A stretch of 40,000 nt of DNA, taken from positions 1,056,872 to 1,096,871 of the forward strand of contig CAWHKY010000002.1 of assembly GCA_963830135.1 (NCBI GenBank), in the 5' to 3' direction. The stretch is from an uncultured Solirubrobacterales bacterium (lineage in GTDB: Bacteria > Actinomycetota > Thermoleophilia > Solirubrobacterales > 70-9). How positions within the stretch are numbered: position 1 is the stretch's first letter; every line of letters begins with the position of its first letter. A model generated the notes under the pieces. The model ran no database searches. It had not been told where the DNA came from and worked only from the letters and a program-made list of their open reading frames with translations. The translations under genes were made by a program, and so were the position numbers. Positions 33,508 through 40,000 of the stretch are shown here, in pieces.

Positions 33508-34116
33508 TCAGCGTTCCTTCAGCACCGAGTACCAGATTCGCTCGGCGACCCTGGCGAGATGCTCGCTGGTGCGTGCCAGCCGCCGGTAGAGCTCGCGCCG
33601 AGCGGTGACCTCGCGAAGATCGTCGACGTCGATCAGTGCCGACATCGCCTGCCGGTATGTGTGTTCGAGATTGCGGTGATCCTTGACCGCGCGATCGGCC
33701 GCCCGGGCACTGGCGTCGCCGTCAGCCTCGATCTTCGCGAAGGCCTCCCCCAGGTGGCGGGTGCCGTCCGCGAGTTCGGTCGCCATCGCGGCGGTCGCGC
33801 CATCGGGTGAGGTCCGCATCGCTTCCGCCTCGCCCACCGTGTCCTTGGCGCTATTGAGGATCTCGTCGAGGCCCTGGGACAACTCGTATATGTCCTCCGC
33901 GTCGAGCGGCGTCGAGAACGCTTCCGACAGGGCCTTGCGAAGCTCCCGCTTGCAGTCGTCGGCGCGGTGCTCGGCGGCGCGCACCCGGTCTCCGGCCGCT
34001 GCCTCCCCCGCTGCCCACTCGAGAAAGGCGTCCATGCCTTCGATCGTGATCGTCGCCTGCTGAGACAGGATCCCGAGCACCTCGACCGATTTGGGGAGAA
34101 ACCAGCGCAAACGCAT
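33508..34116 (-). CDS. DUF47 (PhoU-like) protein associated with PiT
   Basis: Trimmed to ATG 34116, 2 nt after the PiT stop. MRLRWFLPKSVEVLGILSQQATITIEG... and the helical-bundle composition are typical of DUF47/TIGR00153. Confidence 0.8.
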   Translation of the reverse strand: MRLRWFLPKSVEVLGILSQQATITIEGMDAFLEWAAGEAAAGDRVRAAEHRADDCKRELRKALSEAFSTPLDAEDIYELSQGLDEILNSAKDTVGEAEAMRTSPDGATAAMATELADGTRHLGEAFAKIEADGDASARAADRAVKDHRNLEHTYRQAMSALIDVDDLREVTARRELYRRLARTSEHLARVAERIWYSVLKER

Positions 34117-34118
34117 CG

Positions 34119-35120
34119 TCAGACCGCCCTCCAGATCACCAGCATTGCAGCTCCCAGCACGGCCGAGGACGGCAGCGTCAGCAGCCATGCCAGGGCAATC
34201 GAGCGGACCACCGTCCAGCGAACATGGCGCCAGCGGCGGCGGCCGCCACCAACCCCGACCACCGAGGACGCGACAACCTGCGTGGTCGATATCGGGCCGC
34301 CGAGGAAGGTGGAGGGAAAGATCACCGCCACGGAGGCGGTCTGGCTCGCGAAGCCGTCGAGGGGGGTCAGGTGGAAGATCTTGCGCCCGATGGTGCGGAT
34401 GATCCGCCAGCCGCCCAACGCCGTACCGACCGTCAGCGCCGCCCCGCAGGCGATCTTGACCCAGAGCGGAACCGTGAGTGAAGTGAGGTGGCCGCTGGCC
34501 AGCAGCAACGCGGCGATCACCCCCATCGACTTCTGACCGTCATTGGCGCCATGTCCAAAGGACAGGGCCGCCGACATCGCCCACTCGGCGCGCCGGATCG
34601 GCCGCTTGACCCGGCGCGTGGCCCGCCGCAGCAGGCGCGCGTCGAGACGGGAGATGACGAACCCCGCGGCGAGACCGACCAGGGGCGAGACCGCGAGCAC
34701 GATCAGGACGCCGAAGACCCCGACCGGCTTCAAGCCTTCCATGCCGCCCCACTGCACCGCGCCAATACCGGCCTCGGCCAGGGCCGAGCCGACCAATCCC
34801 CCGACCAGTGAGTGGGCCGAGCTGGACGGCAGCCCGCGCCACCAGGTGAGAACGTTCCACACCGTCGCGGCAAGGACGCCGGCCCCGATCACCGCGACGG
34901 CTTGGCTCGGCGCAACGGTGACGATCCCGGCGATCGTGTCCGCGACGGCGGTCCCGACCAGCAGCGCGCCGGCCATGTTGAAGACCGCCGACAGCGCGAT
35001 CGCCTGGCCGGGCCTGGCCCCGCGGGTCGCGACCAGCGTCGCGATCGCATTGGCGGCGTCATGGAAGCCGTTGGTCGAGGCGAAGGCGATGCAGATGACG
35101 ACGGCGATCGCGAGTTCCAC
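34119..35120 (-). CDS. pit: inorganic phosphate transporter, PiT family
   Basis: 333 aa with FASTNGFHDAANAIAT and, in the second half, FGHGANDGQKSMGVI, which are the duplicated PiT signature motifs. The start is GTG. Confidence 0.9.
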   Translation of the reverse strand: MELAIAVVICIAFASTNGFHDAANAIATLVATRGARPGQAIALSAVFNMAGALLVGTAVADTIAGIVTVAPSQAVAVIGAGVLAATVWNVLTWWRGLPSSSAHSLVGGLVGSALAEAGIGAVQWGGMEGLKPVGVFGVLIVLAVSPLVGLAAGFVISRLDARLLRRATRRVKRPIRRAEWAMSAALSFGHGANDGQKSMGVIAALLLASGHLTSLTVPLWVKIACGAALTVGTALGGWRIIRTIGRKIFHLTPLDGFASQTASVAVIFPSTFLGGPISTTQVVASSVVGVGGGRRRWRHVRWTVVRSIALAWLLTLPSSAVLGAAMLVIWRAV

Positions 35121-35189
35121 TTCACAATCATCGCGCCCTCGGGCAAGTTCGGGCCTCGCCGGGAACCGACAAGGGGACCAACGGCGACG

Positions 35190-35666
35190 TTACTTCGGGT
35201 TCGGCTTGGCCGGCGTCGTCGCGACCAGGTATTCGGCGAGCTTGTTGACTTCCGTTTTCGAAAGCGATTCGCTGTAGGTCTCGGGCATCACGTTCGGCGG
35301 GTAGCCCTCGGCGATCTCGGAGTTCGGGTCGACGATCATCTCTTCGATCGCTTCGGTGGTGTCATCCGGGGCGAGGAATTCATTCAGGTCGGGACCGATC
35401 GTGCCTGTCGTCCCGGCGGCGGCAAGGGTGTGGCAGCTTCCGCATCCAGTGCTGACGAAGATCTGGGCACCGGAGCCCCCTCCTCCTTCGGCTTCCGTCG
35501 CTTCAGCTTCTTCGCCTTCGCTCGACGGGGCGGCAACCAGAACGGCTTCGGTCTTCGGCGAGGCACCGAGATCGCCGATCAGCAGGCCTCCCGCGAAGGC
35601 GAAAACCGCCACCGCGATAAAGGCCCAACCTTCAATCAGCAAGCCTTTCCAGCCGTTCTTCCGCAT
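35190..35666 (-). CDS. membrane-anchored monoheme c-type cytochrome
   Basis: Trimmed to ATG 35666, which is preceded by GAGGAG. It has an N-terminal TM anchor, a Glu/Ala/Gly linker, the CGSCH heme-binding motif and a distal Met region (PPNVMPE). Confidence 0.75.
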   Translation of the reverse strand: MRKNGWKGLLIEGWAFIAVAVFAFAGGLLIGDLGASPKTEAVLVAAPSSEGEEAEATEAEGGGGSGAQIFVSTGCGSCHTLAAAGTTGTIGPDLNEFLAPDDTTEAIEEMIVDPNSEIAEGYPPNVMPETYSESLSKTEVNKLAEYLVATTPAKPNPK

Positions 35667-35808
35667 TGCCTCAGTCTCCTCGCTGGTCGTAGAGCGTATC
35701 GCCCACGGTATGCGCCCACCAAAGCGGCACACATCAGGGTAAAACGTCGATCGGCGGGCGGAAAACTACGGTCCGACCAACCCGAGGATTCACAGCTCGG
35801 TGGTGTAA

Positions 35809-36020
35809 TCAGCTCGCGGGGGACTTTTCGATCCCGATCACAGCGAGCGGCTTGCGGCCTACTGGGCCGAGGCGCTGGGAGGGCCTGCGGCATTTTCGGC
35901 CGCTCTCGGCGACGAGATCCCGCGGTGGTCGTGGAACGGGCTCGTCGAGGACGAGAGCGAGGCGAGCGACGCCGGTGGATGCGCTCGGTCTGCTCCGGCT
36001 TCCGCACGCTGGACGAGTAG
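35809..36020 (+). pseudogene. possible globin-like (truncated-hemoglobin family) gene fragment
   Basis: The frame after the TAA at about 35806 reads GLFDPDHSERLAAYWAEALGGPAAFSAALGDE..., reminiscent of the conserved YW..LGGP..Y region of bacterial globin-like proteins. There is no start codon and downstream similarity is lost or shifts frame. Weak call. Confidence 0.2.
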
Positions 36021-36070
36021 GACCGGCTCGAGTCCGCCGCCACGGCGGCCCAGGTCACAAGGGCGGCCGA

Positions 36071-37096
36071 TCAGCGCAGAGAGCGCCAGATGCCCGCCTC
36101 GCCGGCATGGGCGATCGCCGCCGGGTCGACGACGATCGCGGTCCGATGGGCGGGAAGCGCTGGGAGCGGGCGCGGCACCCCGCCTCGAACAACGTAAAGG
36201 CGCCCGCCCGGGCCGGAGCGAAGGATCGTGCCGTCGCGCGGGTACCGGCGCAGGTGACTCCATCGACCAGCTCCGCCCGCGTTGGTCAGCGCCGCCGGAT
36301 CGATCCTCGTCGCCGGCCGGCGACCGCCGATGCGCGCCCAAGCGCCGATCGCGATCGGCGCCCCGCCGGCGACTCGGTACGGGTGTGTTCCGGTGGTCAG
36401 GAAGGTGCCGCTCCTCGGGACCGGCCGCAGGTGCTGGAAAAGCGCATGGCTGATCGCGAGGACGGGGCGGCGCCCGCCGAAGCCCGACCATCGGCTGACA
36501 TAAATGGGCGCGCCGCCGACCAGCCGGTACGCGCCGCCCTCTCCCGGGGCCGAGACGAACTCGCCGTCGCGGAGCTGGACCGGCAGGTCCTTGAAATGGA
36601 TGTAGGCGTCGGCGCCACCGGGCCGGATCCACCTCAGGTCGAACCTGCCGTCGCCGTGGTGGTTGTACTCGGCGATCTCCACCGAGCCGACATCCACCCT
36701 GACCACCCAGGCAACGTGGCCGAAGCCGCCGAACAGCTCTCCTCCCCACCAGGCGACCGCGCCCCGAGCCGGGACTCGGTTGACCCGGTAGCCCCGCCCG
36801 CGCGCTCGTTGTGCCCAGCTCGCCGCGTTGCCCAAGCCCTGGTAGTTGCCGAAGCCGTTGGCACTCGCCAGCTTCCAGGCGACGTAGTCGGTGCAGTTGC
36901 GATACGCGTATCCGTACGGAGAGAAACCGTTGCCGTGGGCGTCGGTCCAGGTGTAGGTCGCGGGGTTGGTTCCCGGCCCGGAGTAGTCCCAGTAGGGATA
37001 CCCGCCCGTCGCGGCGGCAGCCGGTGGCGCGACGATCAAGAGCGTCAGGAGCGCGACTCCGACGGAGACCCGCCACAGTCGACTGGTCGTGGACAT
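36071..37096 (-). CDS. secreted CHAP-domain peptidoglycan amidase/peptidase with three C-terminal repeats
   Basis: Trimmed to ATG 37096, with signal peptide MSTTSRLWRVSVGVALLTLLIVAPPAAAA. The CHAP Cys is in YAYRNCTDYVAWK and the His in GFGHVAWVV. The C-terminal ~175 aa contain three repeats of an RDG-T-x-L...Y-x-V-x-GG-x-P pattern. Confidence 0.8.
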   Translation of the reverse strand: MSTTSRLWRVSVGVALLTLLIVAPPAAAATGGYPYWDYSGPGTNPATYTWTDAHGNGFSPYGYAYRNCTDYVAWKLASANGFGNYQGLGNAASWAQRARGRGYRVNRVPARGAVAWWGGELFGGFGHVAWVVRVDVGSVEIAEYNHHGDGRFDLRWIRPGGADAYIHFKDLPVQLRDGEFVSAPGEGGAYRLVGGAPIYVSRWSGFGGRRPVLAISHALFQHLRPVPRSGTFLTTGTHPYRVAGGAPIAIGAWARIGGRRPATRIDPAALTNAGGAGRWSHLRRYPRDGTILRSGPGGRLYVVRGGVPRPLPALPAHRTAIVVDPAAIAHAGEAGIWRSLR

Positions 37097-37158
37097 GTCC
37101 AGGATGTTCCTCGATCGCGGCCACAATGGTGATGGAAGCGACACGCCGCTAGGCTTTG

Positions 37159-37332
37159 ATGGGCATGAAGCGAGGCGAGACGGACACCCTCTCTCCCGCC
37201 GAAACCGCCGAGGCGGTGCGGGTTCGGCGACTGCGCGAAGACGCGCGGCGGCCGATCAGCGTGAACCTGGCGGAGGGCATCGCCCTCAGCCACAAACTGA
37301 TGCGGTTCACGGGAGCTGCGCGCGGCAATTGA
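37159..37332 (+). CDS. small hypothetical ORF (57 aa) upstream of a nucleotidyltransferase-like remnant
   Basis: MGMKRGETDTLSPAETAEAVRVRRLREDARRPISVNLAEGIALSHKLMRFTGAARGN. It is below the ORF-track length cutoff and I found it by manual translation. Confidence 0.3.
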   Translation: MGMKRGETDTLSPAETAEAVRVRRLREDARRPISVNLAEGIALSHKLMRFTGAARGN

Positions 37333-37343
37333 GCGAACCGGCC

Positions 37344-37542
37344 AAGGGGGGGTGGTCCGCGGCACCAAGGATGTCGATGTGGTGGTCGCACCGGAGATCG
37401 ACAACCTCAAGCGGGTAGCCGACGTCGCGGTCGAGGCGGGCGCGCCGTCTGCTCGATCGACGAATTGAAGGAGATGAAGCGGGTCGCCGGGCGCACCCGG
37501 GACCTTGCGGATCTCGAGGATCTGGACGCCGCGGGCAGCTGA
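37344..37542 (+). pseudogene. degraded nucleotidyltransferase-like gene (two fragments in different frames)
   Basis: Fragment 1 is VVRGTKDVDVVVAPEIDNLKRVADVAVEAGA. Fragment 2 is IDELKEMKRVAGRTRDLADLEDLDAAGS*, which resembles the (I/L)DDLI.MK.AAGR.KDL.DLE.L C-terminus I recall for small NTase-fold proteins. The middle of the gene is missing. Confidence 0.35.
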
Positions 37543-37562
37543 GCTGATCCTGCTGCTCGCCT

Positions 37563-37591
37563 GACCCCGAGGCGAGGGAATCCTCGGGGTC
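37563..37591. terminator. 10-bp perfect hairpin GACCCCGAGG-(9 nt)-CCTCGGGGTC between convergent genes
   Basis: Read directly. It sits between the NTase remnant (stop 37542) and the ACR3 stop (37606), so it could act as a bidirectional terminator. Confidence 0.6.
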
Positions 37592-37605
37592 GGACAGGAG
37601 GCTCT

Positions 37606-38682
37606 CTAGCCTGTCCCCACCGCGGTCGGACTGCCTGGGCCCGCCGCCGGGCCCTCGAACCAGCGCTTCCGCGCCCAGAGCGAGGCGTAGACGAGACCGA
37701 GGAGGACCGGAACCTCCACCAGCGGTCCGACGACGCCGGCCAGTGCCTCGCCCGAGGTCGCCCCGAAGACTCCGATCGCGACCGCGATCGCCAGCTCGAA
37801 ATTGTTGGAGGCCGCTGTCAGCGCCAGCGTGGCGGTCCGCGGGTAGCCGTACCCGGACGCCTTCCCCCAGGCGAATGAAATGACGAACATGAGCACGAAG
37901 TAGGCGAGCAGCGGCAGGGCGATCCGCGCGACGTCCAGCGGCCGGTCGGTGATCTGGTGTCCCTGCAGGGCGAATAGAAGGACGATCGTGAAGAGGAGGC
38001 CGTAGAGGGTGATCGGGCCGATCCGCGGCAGGAACGTCCCTTCGTACCACTCGGCGCCGCGCAGCCGCAGGCCGATCACCCGCGTCAGGACCCCCGCCAC
38101 GAGCGGGATTCCAAGGAAAATCAGAACCGTTCTGGCAACCTCCCAGATCCCGACCGAGAAGCCCTGCGTGTCGAGCCCAAGCCAGCCCGGCAGGACCGTC
38201 AGGTAGAAGTAGCCCAGCAGGCTGTAGGCGACGATCTGGAACAGCGAGTTGAGCGCCACCAGGACCGCGGTCGCCTCGCGGTCCGCGCATGCCAGCTCGC
38301 TCCAGACCAGCACCATCGCGATGCAGCGGGCCAGGCCGACGACGATCAGGCCGGTCCGGTAGGCAGGCTCGTCGGCGAGCATCAGCCAGGCCAGCGCGAA
38401 CATCAGCGCCGGGCCGATCACCCAGTTGAGGATCAGGGAGGACACGAACAGCCCCCGCTCCCCTCTCAGGTGGCCGAGCTCCTCGTAGCGAACCCGGGCC
38501 AGGACCGGATACATCATCAACAACAGGCCGATCGCGATCGGCAGCGAGGTGCTCCCGATCTCCACCGCACCAAGGGCGCCGTCGATGCCCGGGATCAGGG
38601 AGCCGAGGCCGATGCCGACTCCCATCGCGGCCAGGATCCAGAGCGGCAGGTAACGGTCGAGCAGGGAGAGCTGTTTGGCCAC
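37606..38682 (-). CDS. acr3: ACR3-family arsenite efflux transporter
   Basis: 358 aa. MAKQLSLLDRYLPLWILAAMGVGIGLG..., LLLMMYPVLARVRYEELG, the Cys in LARCIAMV and NNFELAIAVAIGVFG are typical of Acr3. Confidence 0.9.
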   Translation of the reverse strand: MAKQLSLLDRYLPLWILAAMGVGIGLGSLIPGIDGALGAVEIGSTSLPIAIGLLLMMYPVLARVRYEELGHLRGERGLFVSSLILNWVIGPALMFALAWLMLADEPAYRTGLIVVGLARCIAMVLVWSELACADREATAVLVALNSLFQIVAYSLLGYFYLTVLPGWLGLDTQGFSVGIWEVARTVLIFLGIPLVAGVLTRVIGLRLRGAEWYEGTFLPRIGPITLYGLLFTIVLLFALQGHQITDRPLDVARIALPLLAYFVLMFVISFAWGKASGYGYPRTATLALTAASNNFELAIAVAIGVFGATSGEALAGVVGPLVEVPVLLGLVYASLWARKRWFEGPAAGPGSPTAVGTG

Positions 38683-38723
38683 GGAAATTTGATCTTAGGC
38701 CGCGGCGGCCCGAGCGAAGCCGA

Positions 38724-39617
38724 TCAGTCGCCGCCGAGCGGGCCGTGCTCGGTGAGGTAGTGCTCGAGCGTGGCGTCGGTGGTCTCGCCCGGCATCTGCA
38801 GGCGCACCCGCAGCGTCTCGGCGAAGTCGTCGATCGCCATTCGCAGAATTTCCGCCCGGACCCTGAGGGCCTGTGGCCGGCCCTCGCCGCTCGCCTCGTC
38901 GGCCAACGAGTTGAGGAATGGCAGCAAGCCGGCCAGCGCCCGCTCGTCGTCCTCGGTGCGGAAGTAATGCATGATCGGGAAGTGGATCAGGTCGCGGCGG
39001 ATGCGGATCAACTGCGCGGCGAAGGAGGCCAGCATCGACTCCAGCAGCCGCGGATCGGCCTCGACCATCTTCTCCCCCAGCCGCTCCTCGGCTTCCCTGG
39101 CCAGATGGACCTCGTGCGCGAGCGAGTCGCGGCGGGAGATCGCGTTGTAGATCGAGAGCAGCCAGGAGATGCTGGCGGTGAGCAGACCCAGCCCGAACAG
39201 CGTCTCGACCGGCCCCAAGATCCGCAGCAGAGACGAGGCGGGCGTGATATCGCCGTAGCCGAGGCTGGTCAGGTTGACGAGCGATATGTAGAGCGCGTCC
39301 ACGAAGCCCGAATGCGTTGCCGGGTTGAGCCCCGCGGCGAAGTTGAAGCCGCCGGGCAGCTGCGGCATTAAGACGAAGGCCCAACCGGCGGCCAGTAGGG
39401 CCGCCCAGGTGGCGAGGACGAGGATGTAGCTGAGCGGCCCGGCCAGCAGCCCCACGGTCCTCACCCTCATCGGTGCCCGCCGCGCCAACGCCGAGACCGC
39501 GAGCACGATCCGCCGCGCGATCATCCCCCGCCCGAGCGGATGGAAGAGGACGTCAAAGATGTCGCGCAGCGCCAGCAATATCAGCGCGATCCCCAGCAGG
39601 GTCCAGACGACGTCCAT
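38724..39617 (-). CDS. potassium channel protein (2TM pore with TSLGYGD filter) with a C-terminal cytoplasmic domain
   Basis: 297 aa. The pore helix and selectivity filter are FVDALYISLVNLTSLGYGDITP, flanked by hydrophobic helices. Confidence 0.85.
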   Translation of the reverse strand: MDVVWTLLGIALILLALRDIFDVLFHPLGRGMIARRIVLAVSALARRAPMRVRTVGLLAGPLSYILVLATWAALLAAGWAFVLMPQLPGGFNFAAGLNPATHSGFVDALYISLVNLTSLGYGDITPASSLLRILGPVETLFGLGLLTASISWLLSIYNAISRRDSLAHEVHLAREAEERLGEKMVEADPRLLESMLASFAAQLIRIRRDLIHFPIMHYFRTEDDERALAGLLPFLNSLADEASGEGRPQALRVRAEILRMAIDDFAETLRVRLQMPGETTDATLEHYLTEHGPLGGD

Positions 39618-40000
39618 GCCCTGACCGTAGTCGACGCTCCCGGCGGCGCCGCGCCGGCGGAGACGGAATCGAGCCGGGAGCCGTCTATAGAGCCGAATCT
39701 GGCCTGGTAGAGCGGATTACGTCCAAGGAGCTCGGCTGAGTTCGGTGGAGTCGGGGACCAATTTCGGGACCAAGTTTTTGGCCCCCAAGCGGATTGCGCG
39801 GGGAACTTCTTCCCCCTTACCTCGAACTATGCAGCGATCTGGTGGCCACCCGAGTCGCGAGCCTCTATGTGGGCGCGAGGGGGTAGCTGCACGGTGCCCC
39901 GATCAAGACGGCGGAAGCGAAGCAGAAGCGCCGCCGCGGCACGAGACCAGCGCGCGAAGCCGTGCGCCTGCTCGGGCTGAACGAGCAGCTCATGCCCGTC

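Noticed and set aside
35852-37132. 426-aa plus-strand and 421-aa minus-strand ORFs overlapping the CHAP gene
   Set aside because: The CHAP frame (36071..37096) has a signal peptide and the catalytic Cys/His motifs. The others are Arg/Pro/Gly-rich shadows.
1-40000. Search for CRISPR arrays, rRNA genes, IS elements, transposases, integrases and phage genes
   Set aside because: No spaced direct-repeat arrays, no rRNA-like conserved blocks, and no DDE/tyrosine/serine recombinase-like ORFs were recognised by eye. The only repeats found are the short palindromes and hairpins listed above.

Overview
High-GC (roughly 70%) chromosomal segment with actinobacterial-type gene content. The taxon cannot be fixed from sequence alone. 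Coding density is high, and most long ORFs in the six-frame track that lie antisense to or out of frame with the calls below are GC-driven shadows. Left to right: chrA (partial) and a short CDF metal exporter; an MprF-type aminoacyl-phosphatidylglycerol synthase overlapping an alpha/beta hydrolase; a beta-lactamase-family serine hydrolase; a small accessory islet next to tRNA-Glu(CUC) and tRNA-Leu(CAG), holding two PIN-toxin TA pairs, a DUF3024 gene, a small ABM-like gene and a regulator remnant; two alpha/beta hydrolases (one a haloalkane-dehalogenase type) and a metallophosphoesterase; a complete sulfate ABC operon (subI-cysTWA); greA; three membrane proteins (DUF308, DUF389, RDD); NUDIX; an amino-acid ABC transporter; a membrane fatty-acid desaturase; and a TolB-like beta-propeller protein. 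The most interesting region is 24.85-32.76 kb. It is a tightly overlapping minus-strand operon for a group 4 (energy-converting, complex-I-like) [NiFe]-hydrogenase. An Rv0081-like ArsR regulator heads it and a translationally coupled PaiB-like FMN protein ends it. No ferredoxin-type (HycF/NuoI) subunit, formate dehydrogenase or hyp/hycI maturation gene is visible in the window. Two genes of this operon (hycD-like, paiB-like) carry apparent +1 frameshifts. The right end holds a VOC/glyoxalase gene, cytochrome c, PiT with its DUF47 partner, a secreted CHAP amidase with three C-terminal repeats, degraded gene remnants, an ACR3 arsenite pump and a K+ channel. No CRISPR array, rRNA, transposase or integrase was seen. 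All functional calls rest on motif and family recognition by eye, and start codons are often uncertain.
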